A stretch of DNA of 64,000 nt, taken from positions 232,252,001 to 232,316,000 of the forward strand of contig OZ024742.1 in NCBI GenBank assembly GCA_964016885.1. The letters are read 5' to 3'. Of this stretch, positions 1 through 11,076 are shown one piece after another. Positions within the stretch are counted from its first letter, which is position 1, and each line of letters starts with the position of its first letter. This DNA comes from Eledone cirrhosa (taxonomy: Eukaryota). A program made the translations under genes and the position numbers. The notes under the pieces were generated by a model. The model was not told the DNA's origin. It was given only the letters and a program-made list of their open reading frames with translations, and searched no databases.

Positions 1-220
1 TCTTTCTAGATTAGGATGGTAGGATATGATTTGAGGAATATTTGGTTGCCATTTCTAGTAGGTCAAGCAATCATGTACAGGCTCCATTGTTGGCTCAATG
101 CTAATGTGTGTTAAGAGGTGATGGTCTAAGAAATTAAAGGAGTGTGCTAATGAACATTTGAGACAGAGTAGTTTGAGGTGTTATAAAATGAAGGCTAGAG
201 CAAATACACAATTCATACAA

Positions 221-725
221 CATCACCATTTAATGTCTATTTTCCATGCTTACGTAGGTTAGACAAGCTGTCATGTTATCAAGCCAGATAGATCAAGTGA
301 CTATGTCTTGCTCATACAATCTGTTTTTGGCTTGGTTTCCTATGGCTGGATGCTGTTCCTAACACTAACCACCTTACAGAGTTGATTGGGTGATTACAGT
401 TGTGTCACCATGGTTGACTGGATGTTCTTTTTTGTGGTATCACCAGCATGACCACCTTATAGTGTGGACTGGGTGCTTTTTGCCATGGCACAAAGCACGA
501 CCACTTTACAGGATGAATTGTGTACTTTTTTGTTGTGAAACCAGCATGACCATTTTACAGGGTAGATTGGGTGCATTTTTGTCATGGCACCAACATGACC
601 ATCTTATAGGGTGGATTGGGTACTTTTATATCATGGCACCAGCATTACCACTTTATAGGGTAGACTGGGTATTTCTTTTTTCATGATACCAGAACAACTG
701 CTTTACAAGTTGGACTGGATCCTTT
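221..725 (-). mobile_element. Decayed RTE-type 3' end with degenerate ~48-bp array
   Basis: CATCAT tail, TTTTCCATGCT and GGCTGGATGC...CCTAACAC motifs, then about 7 diverged units of the 48-bp repeat. Confidence 0.7.
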
Positions 726-1168
726 TTGGTTTAATGAATATTAGTAACTGAATGGAGAATCTTAACAAAATTTCTAATAATCATTTACTTCTACTGACAA
801 GAAATCTTTATCCATTCCAGTATAGAAAGGTGTTTACCACAAAGGCACATGTTCTATTTTAGTTAGTAGATTCTCCTTCCTTACTACTGTTCCTTATCTA
901 TAGTAGGTGACATTTCCCAAACATCTGCCAGTTAGGTGAACTAAGGCATGTAGTTGTCCACATACAATGAAATTCTTATAATCAACTTGGACTTAACAAG
1001 TATGAGTTGGCAGGCAAATATTTATCTACTTAGCCATTATTTCTCAATTTACAGATCTTTACAAGAGAGGAACAGGAAATTTTGATGTTCATGTCATTCT
1101 CAATAACACCTAGCAACATAAATTTAAACTTTAAAATGACAATGTTTTCATAGAAAGGTTATCTATAC

Positions 1169-1233
1169 CTCAATACCAGCTGAAGTTTTACATTCTGATC
1201 CACATTCAGGACAAGTAGCTGATTTGTCTTTGT
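1169..1233 (-). CDS. PARS2: PARS2 coding exon 9 (gene continues beyond window)
   Basis: tatttcag acceptor; (D)KDKSATCPECGSECKTSAGIE; GTATAG donor phase 0. The expected next exon (VGH-x-F-x-LG) was not found in 1-1168. Confidence 0.92.
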
Positions 1234-1877
1234 CTGAAATAAGAAATAAGACATTTTTAATTGATGACATAAAAGTAAGGAGCAATTTGAATATAACACC
1301 AAGACTATTTAATCAATCTATAATCAGGAATGGTCTATTGTCATCTGACTGAGTGGCATTTTTCTCTTTGATCACAAGTACTTTTCTACTGTGTTTTCAT
1401 AAGCTTTAACAAAATTTCATGAAATATTTTTATTCAGATATTGCTGCTGTCCTTTGAAGATGCATGCTTTGGATGTTTTCAGTTAAGTAGATACTGCTTT
1501 TTCATAAGATGAGTTTAGAACAATATTCTGGATTTTTTTTTTCATTGAAGACTGTTGACAGAAAATAACCTGAGTAATTGGATGGGAATTTAAATATTTT
1601 AATTTAAATAAATCTCATTTAAATAGCACTTCAAAATTGATGAAATTTTAATGCTTTTAAGGTTTTATATTACTTAAAAAAGTTGATACTTGTGAAGTAA
1701 TATGAAGAATTGGCTTTCAAGTAACACAAAAAAAAAATGTTCATTGTTTAAAAAATTTACTTCAATTAAATAAATCAAATAATATCTGAGGATAATAAAC
1801 ACTTAAAACAATGTAAATACAGTATATAGAAAACATTCAGAGGATAATAGGGGGGAAACTTTGATAGTCAACAACCC

Positions 1878-2082
1878 ATCATCATCATCGTTTAACGTCT
1901 ATCTTCCACACTAGCATAGGATAGACAGGAATTGTCCCACTTGAGGCAAGATTGATCGGGTGACCGTGTCTCACTCGTATAGGACTATATCTGGCAGCTT
2001 TTCTATGGTTGGATGCCCTTCCTAACACCAACCACATTTACAGTGTGAACTGGGAGCCTTTTTACTGTGTTTCCTACATGAC
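1878..2082 (-). mobile_element. RTE-type 3' end fragment
   Basis: (CAT)n tail plus shared tail motifs; close match to 34483-34690. Confidence 0.75.
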
Positions 2083-2221
2083 TAAGATCTATATATTTAT
2101 TTATTTTGATAACATCAACAATAAAATCAATTTTTTTAGTATTATGAATTGTTCTGTATAGGTACTGTTGTAAACTGAAGTAGAAGAATTATTCAAAATG
2201 ACAAAGATCATCCAGTAAATC

Positions 2222-3862
2222 ATTATCATCATCATCATTGTTTAACATCCATATTCCATGCTAGCATTGGTAGGACGGACTGTCTCTTTGTGAGAGATCT
2301 GGTCGGAGGACAGTGTTTCGCTCACGCAGGGCTTGGATTCTACAGCTGGATGCCCTTCCTAATGCCAACCACATTTACAGTGTGTGCTGGGTGCCTTTTG
2401 TCATGACACCTACATGACCACATTTACAGTGTGTGCTGGGTGCCTTTTGTCATGACACCTACATGACCACATTTACGGTGTGTGCTGGGTGCCTTTTGTC
2501 ATGACACCTACATGACCACTTTACAGTGTGTGCTGGGTGCTTTTTGTCATGACACCTACATGACCACTTTACAGTGTGTGCTGGGTGCCTTTTGTCATGA
2601 CACCTACATGACCACTTTACAGTGTGTGCTGGGTGCCTTTTGTCATGACACCTACATGACCACTTTACAGTGTGTGCTGGGTGCCTTTTGTCATGACACC
2701 TACATGACCACTTTACAGTGTGTGCTGGGTGCCTTTTGTCATGACACCTACATGACCACTTTACAGTGTGTGCTGGGTGCCTTTTGTCATGACACCTACA
2801 TGACCACTTTACAGTGTGTGCTGGGTGCCTTTTGTCATGACACCTACATGACCACTTTACAGTGTGTGCTGGGTGCCTTTTGTCATGACACCTACATGAC
2901 CACTTTACAGTGTGTGCTGGGTGCCTTTTGTCATGACACCTACATGACCACTTTACAGTGTGTGCTGGGTGCCTTTTGTCATGACACCTACATAACCACT
3001 TTACAGTGTGTGCTGGGTGCCTTTTGTCATGACACCTACATGACCACTTTACAGTGTGTGCTGGGTGCCTTTTGTCATGACACCTACATGACCACTTTAC
3101 AGTGTGTGCTGGGTGCCTTTTGTCATGACACCTACATAACCACTTTACAGTGTGTGCTGGGTGCTTTTTGTCATGGCACCTACATGACCACTTTACAGTG
3201 TGTGCTGGGTGCCTTTTGTCATGACACCTACATGACCACTTTACAGTGTGTGCTGGGTGCCTTTTGTCATGACACCTACATGACCACTTTACAGTGTGTG
3301 CTGGGTGCTTTTTGTCATGACACCTACATGACCACTTTACAGTGTGTGCTGGGTGCCTTTTGTCATGACACCTACATAACCACTTTACAGTGTGTGCTGG
3401 GTGCTTTTTGTCATGACACCTACATGACCACTTTACAGTGTGTGCTGGGTGCCTTTTGTCATGACACCTACATGACCACTTTACAGTGTGTGCTGGGTGC
3501 TTTTTGTCATGACACCTACATGACCACTTTACAGTGTGTGCTGGGTGCCTTTTGTCATGACACCTACATGACCACTTTACAGTGTGTGCTGGGTGCCTTT
3601 TGTCATGACACCTACATAACCACTTTACAGTGTGTGCTGGGTGCCTTTTGTCATGACACCTACATGACCACTTTACAGTGTGTGCTGGGTGCCTTTTGTC
3701 ATGACACCTACATAACCACTTTACAGTGTGTGCTGGGTGCCTTTTGTCATGACACCTACATGACCACTTTACAGTGTGGGCTGGAGGCTTCGCTGGATGT
3801 ATACTTCCACTTGTCCTCATGGGAGATGTATGGGAGTTGGTGGGGAGGGGAGGGGTGGTGCA
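2222..3862 (-). mobile_element. 5'-truncated RTE-type 3' UTR containing the expanded array
   Basis: (CAT)n tail at 2222, GGATGCCCTTCCTAATGCCAACC, array, then a G-rich segment like those at 32895-33000 and 34750-34865. Confidence 0.75.
2368..3777. repeat. 48-bp minisatellite, about 29 copies
   Basis: Unit ACCACTTTACAGTGTGTGCTGGGTGCCTTTTGTCATGACACCTACATG, near-identical copies; explains the two long repetitive ORFs. Confidence 0.97.
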
Positions 3863-3901
3863 TGCTAGTAAATATAGCTATAAAAATTAATACTAACTTA
3901 C

Positions 3902-3933
3902 CAACAAGCTCTATATTTCTTCCATATTTACAA
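3902..3933 (-). CDS. PARS2: PARS2 coding exon 8 (32-nt small exon)
   Basis: cttttctag acceptor; (S)CKYGRNIELV; GTAAGT donor. Bridges phase 2 to phase 1 and supplies the second Cys of CxxC and the N-x-E motif. Confidence 0.88.
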
Positions 3934-4019
3934 CTAGAAAAGAAGAAAGTTAGAAATAATTCATAGTATTCATCAATTCTAGTCATTAGAAAATCTATAG
4001 TATATTGTCAGCTATAACA

Positions 4020-5276
4020 TCATCCTCTTCTATTTTAACTTCTATTTTCCATGCTTGCATGGGTTAGATTGGTTGACATGCTATAAAGTTAGATGGATCA
4101 GGTGACCACATCTTGCTCATATGATGCCCTTGCTAGCGCCAGTCACTTTACAGTATGCACTGGGAGCTTTTTTGTGGCACCAGCATTACCAACTCACAGG
4201 GTGGACAGTGCTTTTTGTCATGACAACAGCACTACCACCTAACAGAATAGCTGGGTGCTTTTTGTCATGGCACCAGCACTTTCTGCTCAAGAACATTTAA
4301 TGATCTTGAATTTTATCTTACTTCAACTATAGATCCTAAATTGATTGACATAAAGTTACTCATCAATATACATAAATTTCCCATAGATGTGCTGTCTCCT
4401 CATTCTGCCTTTTCTACAACTATTACAATGGCCTCTGCTCCTTGAATTTAGCTGGTTGCATACTACCTCCATCTAAGCACACCACCTATTTCTAAATAAA
4501 CTATATGATGATGTGCCCCCCCCCCCCCCCCCCCCCATGCTACTGCTATATCTCTGATATACTTTTCCTGTTCAACACATGCATGGAAGGCTGGACACAC
4601 TCCACAATATACTGCCAAATGCAACTTGTTCTCTTCAAGGCAAACATGACACATCACTCATTCTTCCACAGTGCTGGTGCTATGACAAAAAGTACCATGT
4701 CCACCCTATACAGTGGTAGCGCTGGTACCACAACAAGACACCCAGTCCACCCTCTAATGTGGTTGTACTGATGCCACAACAAAAAATACCCTGTCCACCC
4801 TATAGTGGTAGCGCTGGTACCACAACAAAAACGCCCAGTCCACCCTGTAATGTGGTTGTACTGATGCCACAACAAAAAGTACCCTGTCCATCATTTAAAG
4901 TGGTAGAGTTGGTGATACAAAATATATCTAGTCAACCTTGTAAGGTGGTTGTGGTAGAGCCACGAAAATAGTTTCCAGTCTACCCTGTAATGTGGTTGTA
5001 CTGATGCCACAACAAAAAGTACCCTGTCCATCATTTAAAGTGGTAGGGTTGGTGATACAAAATATACCTAGTCAACCTTGTAAGTAGAGCCACGAAAAAA
5101 GTTCCCAGTCTACCCTGTAATGTGGTTGGCATTAGGAACAGAATTTAACTGTAGAAAACCAAGCCATAAATAGATCATATGAGCAAGATGTGGTCACCTG
5201 ATCTGGCTAGCCTCATAATGTGGACAGCCTGTCTAACCAATGCAAGCATAGAAAATAGATGTTAATTGATGATGAT
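4020..5276. mobile_element. Two divergently oriented decayed RTE-type 3' ends with arrays
   Basis: 4020-4290 on minus, 4660-5276 on plus ending GATGTTAATTGATGATG; degenerate 48-bp units. Confidence 0.65.
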
Positions 5277-5290
5277 CTAATGATGATCCT

Positions 5291-5491
5291 TATGCTTCCC
5301 AAAATTCTCCAACACTACACTTGATATTGCCCCTCCATACACATGCATGCATGTGTCGATGTGTATATCATGACTCATACACTATTCACTTTCCTGACAT
5401 TTTTACATTATTCTATGTACTATACATGCACCTTTGATCAGTTGTAGTGCACCTGAGCACTGTACACAATAATTTTCATTATTATTATTAT
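5291..5491 (+). mobile_element. CR1-like LINE 3' fragment
   Basis: Matches the end of the 44906-47097 element (ATGCTTCCC...ACTACAC TGA, GTGCACCTGAGCACTGTACAC, (ATT)n). Confidence 0.85.
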
Positions 5492-5555
5492 AACATTAAA
5501 CAATTTATAAAATATTAATTTTAAAGAATTCAAAAAATATAAATTTCCCAAATAC

Positions 5556-5649
5556 CTTTCACAGACCAGCAGAAAATCTTCTCCAACAGAAGATGGTAAA
5601 TGGAATTCATGAGATTTTTCTCCACCAATATCTCCAGTATGTGCTTCAA
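5556..5649 (-). CDS. PARS2: PARS2 coding exon 7
   Basis: poly-T aag acceptor; (V)EAHTGDIGGEKSHEFHLPSSVGEDFLLVCE; GTATTT donor phase 2; 94 nt; G-x-IGG-x-x-SHEF and GED motifs. Confidence 0.95.
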
Positions 5650-5791
5650 CTTAAAAAAAAAAAGATTAATTTCAATCCTTAAATTATTACAGGACATTTA
5701 TTTTCTAGTTAAAAAAAAAAAACAAGAAAAATAAATACCTCCCCCAAAACAGTGAAAATGCTACACTGAAATGCCAGTGGAAATAGTTTAA

Positions 5792-6012
5792 CCCTTTAAC
5801 ATTTACATTACTCTATATAGACTATTATATTTTCATGGTAAAGACTTTACTTCACATAATTATCTCACATAATATCAAATCTATGAGATTTTGATATTAT
5901 TAATTTTGAGAACAATACCTTAATGTCAGTATAAATGGCTGGTTACGGCCAGTTTGAATAGAAAGAGGTGAAAGAATTCTGGTCGGATATGGCTGTTTAA
6001 AATGCTAAAGGG
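5792..6012. mobile_element. piggyBac-like MITE family A
   Basis: TTAA on both sides; TIR CCCTTTAACATTTA / AATGCTAAAGGG. Confidence 0.85.
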
Positions 6013-6254
6013 TTAAAGCTAATTGCTTAGCATTAGATTAATTTCTATTTTAAACAATTGAAAGTCAAATGCTGGATGCAAACACGTCTAAGTTCAAGAC
6101 TATGTATATATACTAGATAAATTATAAAACAAATTTTAATTAAATAATGAAAGTAAGGGAGCTGAGTTTTAAATTTTTGTAAGATTTTCCAAAAACCATT
6201 CACTATTCTAACAACAATTATTTATTTTCACAAAGTACAAAGCTAAATTTTCTG

Positions 6255-7460
6255 GGATGGTACACTCAAGAAGTTTTGAGACTTTTTCTTTCCAGGCACT
6301 TTTAATTGACTTATGTAACTGTCATTCTAATATGTCATTTATATGGTTATAACAAGCTAACATACCAACATTTTTTTTTTCCAGGTTGAAGTTTCGAGCT
6401 GCTACAGCACTTTAAATACTACCTGTCATACATGTCTTGTCACAGTTGACTGGTTCCACAATACAATTGGGACGTGAGGACAACTTGGAGTTTGATATGC
6501 AATAAAGTTTTGTCAAGCTTGGCAAAAATGCTGCAGACACCTAAGAAATAGTCAAAACTGCTTACGGACTAACTTTCATGAGTTGGGCGACTGTTTTCTG
6601 CTGGTACAAGAGGTTTCAGGTAGCAGGTGAGGATGTCGAGAAGTATGGCAGGGAGAGGGACATCAGGATGCCAAAGTTGGTTGAAAAAATTCACAAATTT
6701 CTGGATGAGGACCATCATGCATCTCTTCTGACAATTGCTGAATAATTTGAAGTGGCTGATGGCACCTGTGCAAAGTTTGTCCCAGGGTGCTCAATGAAGA
6801 TCAAAAGCATTGATGACAGCAGGGAGATGGTTGAGTGGATTGCTTTGAATCCAAGTGTCCTTAGTTTCTGATAACCTGTGATGAGAGCCCAGTGGAAACA
6901 TTCTACCTCCCCAAGACGCAAGAAGGCCAGGCAAATCAAGTTCACTGGGAAGCTCATGATGATCCCATTCTTCAACAGTAAGGGCATCATCTATATCCAC
7001 TGGGTCCCCCACAGCCAGACAGTCAACATAGAATACTATGTAGAGGTTTTGAGGCAGTTCTGAAAGAGATTTAATTGCAAGAGACCAGAACTCTTCAGGT
7101 CTGGTCAGTAGCACCTGCATAGGACACTGCTCCCTGCCACAGATCCAGTCTGGTAACCAACTACTTGGCTGATATGGGGATCAAGACTGTCCCTCTTCCT
7201 TCCTACAGTCCAGACATTGCCCCATGTGACTTCTGGATGTTCCCGAAGCTGAAGGAGAAGCTCAGGGGTATCTGCTTTGAGGATGTGGAGCAAATGAAAG
7301 AGGCTGTGACAAGCACCCTGGACACCTTCTCTTTGGAGGATTACAAGGGGGTCTTCCAAATGTGGCTGGAGCGCTACAACAAGTGCGTTTGAAGTTGGAT
7401 GATCCTACTTTGAGGGAGACTAGAGTTTTGTGTTAATCTGAGTTAAATAAATGTTTCCCC
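6255..7460 (+). mobile_element. Decayed mariner transposon
   Basis: Fragments FVKLGKNAADT, GKLMMIPFFNSKGIIYIHWVP and PSYSPDIAPCDFWMFPKLKEKLRG (YSPDLAP motif); many stops and frameshifts; ends approximate. Confidence 0.88.
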
Positions 7461-7604
7461 AGTTGCGGGAACTTCATTGGTTAACAGAAAGTAAGAATAT
7501 TACAACTTCCAATTTATCCTCCCCTATCTCAGGCTGCTGTAATTTTCCAACACTAAAATTATTAGTAAAATGTAATTAAATGTTGTCATCATTGTTATTA
7601 TCAA

Positions 7605-8507
7605 TAATGGTTTCTGATTTAGGCACAAGGCCAACAATTGTGGTGGAGGGGGAAGTTGATTAAATCAACCACAGTGTAATACTTGGTACTTTATTTTATT
7701 GAGCCCTGAAAGATGAAATGTAAAGCTAACCTCTGTGGGATTTGAAATCAGAATGTAAAGGGCCATAACTTTGTGCCGTGATGCATGATGTCTGATGCTT
7801 TATCGATAGTGGCAATCCACTGCCCTATTATTGTTATAATTAATAATAATAATAATAATTATCCGTCTAACCCATGCTAGCGTAGAAAATGGACATTAAA
7901 CGATGATGATGATGATGATGATGATGATAATATCATTAGGATGGTACTGTATTGCCAGAGTCATTAGAATGTCGGACAAATGTGTAGCAGTATTTGTTCT
8001 GGTTCTTGGTTCTTTACATTCTGAGTTCAAATCCCGCTGAGGTCAACTTTGTCTCTCATTCTTTCGGGGTCAATAAAATAAAAACACAGTCAATTAATGG
8101 GTTGATTTAATTGACTTTCCTCATCCCTTAAATTACTGGCTTTTTGTCAAAAACTTAGAAAACAGTTATTATTATCATTAGAGTGGATTGGCAGTATCGG
8201 TAGAGGGTCAGACACCATGCTTTGCAGCACAGAGTTACAACCCTTTATGGTCTGAGTTCAAATCCCGCCGAGGTTAACTTTGCCATTCATACTTACGGGG
8301 TCGATAAAATAAAGTACCAGTAATGCACTGGGTAATTGCTGGCCATGGGCCAAAAGTAGAAACAATTATCATTAGAGAGGTGGATTAGCAGAGGCAGAGC
8401 TGTTAGAATATCAAACAAAATACTGTGTGGTATTAGTTCTGGCTCTTTGCATTCTTAGTTCAAATCCCACTAAGATCAATTTTACCTTTCATCCTTCTGA
8501 GGTTGAT
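7605..8507. mobile_element. Cluster of SINEs with GCCTTTCATCC core (family S1)
   Basis: Four copies of GAGTTCAAATCCCGCCGAGGTTAACTTTGCCTTTCATCC...GATAAAATAAAGTACCAG, B-box-like GAGTTCAAATCC, (ATT)n tail. About 20 copies window-wide, e.g. 10365-10590, 18544-18716, 22428-22610, 29520-29715, 33735-33912, 36560-37082, 39255-39447. Confidence 0.85.
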
Positions 8508-9325
8508 CGGTCGCTCTCCGATAGGTTTGCAGTCGAGCCCGTGGCAGTAGAGACTTCTAGTGTCTTTGGCCCTAGTGCTCACAACCATTGGCACAGAGTT
8601 GGCTACCCGCAGGCTACAGCGCATCTCCCTCACCATCCTCCAGGGAAATACCTTCTCTATTCTGTCCACTGGGCGGCCAGTCAGCTGGGGCTGCAGGGTG
8701 GCCAGAGCATGCCCCCCCCCTCCTCTCTCATAATAGTGAGAGATGGGGAGAGCAGCAGAGATGGAGGCAGTGACAGTGGGAGTTTGATTCTTTTGTGTTC
8801 GGACCTGGTGTATATATGTTTCACAGACCTTATGCATCTGTTTCCTCACTACCAATAGTAATACATAATCACTGGTTCTATCCCAGTGCTTATTTTAAAT
8901 AGACAGACAGAAGTTTTTATGAAAAAAGGGATAATGAGCCTCTTGCTACTATAGAAGGTTTTTCATATTAACCTGACTTGTGATAAATTACTGTCTTCAG
9001 CCATGAGGATATAAACTGGTAGAGTACTGAATATGTATTTTTAGTGAACGGGGAATGAGAAATTAAAAACAAAGAAAAATTTAAAGAACTATTAGCTAAA
9101 ATATATGGTTGAGAATGTTGTAAAAAGCAAGGGCAAATCAATGTAATCAACTGTTTCCATTCCTACAAAACTGCTGTCCTTGTGTTTAAATTAAAACCCA
9201 TAATGATAATGAAGAGGCAGAAGAGAAAGAAAAGGATTTAAGTTAGCAATGTTTAGTATTTTTTAAAAGATAATAAGTATATAAATGATAAAATTATAAA
9301 CTTTACAACTGTAGTTGACACTAAC

Positions 9326-9433
9326 CTTTTATAAATGGTAATTTGAGACGATTAAAAATGCGACAATATGCTTCACAAATATTTTCATAAGTTTTTAATG
9401 CAGCTTCCGTTGAGCAATCAAATGTGTAAAGAT
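9326..9433 (-). CDS. PARS2: PARS2 coding exon 6
   Basis: ttttcag acceptor; (D)LYTFDCSTEAALKTYENICEAYCRIFNRLKLPFIK; GTTAGT donor phase 1; 108 nt. Confidence 0.95.
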
Positions 9434-9697
9434 CTGAAAATTAAAAATTGAGTATTTAACCCTTTTGTTTTCATATTTCTAATAAAAGAAGCAACCTATA
9501 ACTTTCAAAAAAATTTTGAAAATGGTAAAGAATTTAGAGATATTTTATAATATAACTTTCTTATTATTAAGCTGATGTTTGGAACATAACTTAAGAAAGG
9601 TTCTTACTTAGATTTATGATTGGAGGTCTTTTGATAATTTTAGTACACACACACACAAATATAGTTGAAAAGGGGAGTAAAGTTCCATACAAAACAA

Positions 9698-10021
9698 AGG
9701 TGAAAATACACATAAGTATATTTAAAGATTACTTTTTCTTTAATCCAACAGAATGAATAATTTCATAATTGTTGCATTAAATATAACCAGTTTCGATTGG
9801 TATAACAATCTTATCAAATATTCAATATTTATTCATGTATACTGTGATTAGTTTGAATATATTCAAACTAATCACAGTATACATGAATAAATATTTAATA
9901 TTTGATAAGATTGTTATACCAATCGAAACTGGTTATATTTAATGCAACAATTATAAAATTATTCATTCTGTTGGATTAAAGAAAAAATAATCTTTAAATA
10001 TACTTATGTGCAGTTTCACCT
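9698..10021. repeat. 324-bp spacerless palindrome
   Basis: Centre between 9859 and 9860 (GTTTGAATA|TATTCAAAC); arms complementary with few mismatches out to AGGTGAAA/TTTCACCT. Confidence 0.95.
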
Positions 10022-10701
10022 TCACTTTATATATCATTTGTATGTATGTATGGACCAAAACTCCAGGTAGAGTTATAGGGGCATTCCTTTGGCATTTTAT
10101 TTTAACTTGGTAGAGCTCATCCCCTCTCTAGAGTAAAGAAACAAAGATAGTGAAGTTTGAACCCCCAGTACTACACTGGTACTTTTTTTATTGACCCCGA
10201 AAGGATGAAAGGCAAAGTTGACCTTGATGGAATTTGAACTCATAGCACAGAGATCTGGACACATACTGGAAAGCATTCTACTTGACATTCTAATGACTCT
10301 GCCAATTTGTTACCTTTAACATATCATATACAAAAATATAAAAGATTTGGAGATATGATCATTAATTGTTTCTACTTTAGGCACAAGGCCAGCATTTTGA
10401 AGGGGGAAGGGAAAGTCGATTAGATCGACCCCAATGCATTACTGGTACTTTATTTTATCGACCCCATAAAGATGAAAGGCAAAGCTAATCTCGGTGGAAT
10501 TTGAACTCAGAACTTAAAGGGTCATAACTCTATGCTTCAAAGCATGGTGTCTGATGTTCTACCAATACTGCCATTTCGCCACTCATTATTATTAATGAGA
10601 GTTTGCTATGATATTCAAAGGCCAAATTCAAGGTGCAAGTCCCCTATGAATTACTGATTATGTTAGAAGTAAACAAAGCATAAAGCTATTTCATTATTGC
10701 T

Positions 10702-10739
<38 letters not shown>

Positions 10740-11076
10740 TTTTCCATGTTTGCATGGAGTGGACAAGATCTCTTTATTGGCAGGTTTTCTATGGCTAAAT
10801 GCCCTTTCTGATGCCCTTTATTCTAAGTATGATATAAACAGTAAGCTGCTAACATTTTCAACAAACCACAAACACTGCCAGCCATATTGTTTATGGGTGA
10901 CATAAACAACTGTCAATGCAGGCTATATAATGGGGTTGATATGGCTTTCAGTGACTGGTGCGTGCACACACACACAAATTAGTGTTTTATTAGAAGGCTA
11001 TTGCAATGCAAATGGAACATTAAATGTGAACAATAACAAAAATGTGAGAACCTTGGAGTTGTTTAATAATTTAAAC

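Noticed and set aside
2368-3777. CRISPR-like array
   Set aside because: No unique spacers, no cas genes, eukaryotic context; a pure tandem repeat.
2459-3966. 453-aa and 494-aa ORFs as proteins
   Set aside because: By-products of a stop-free 48-bp unit, open on both strands, inside an intron.
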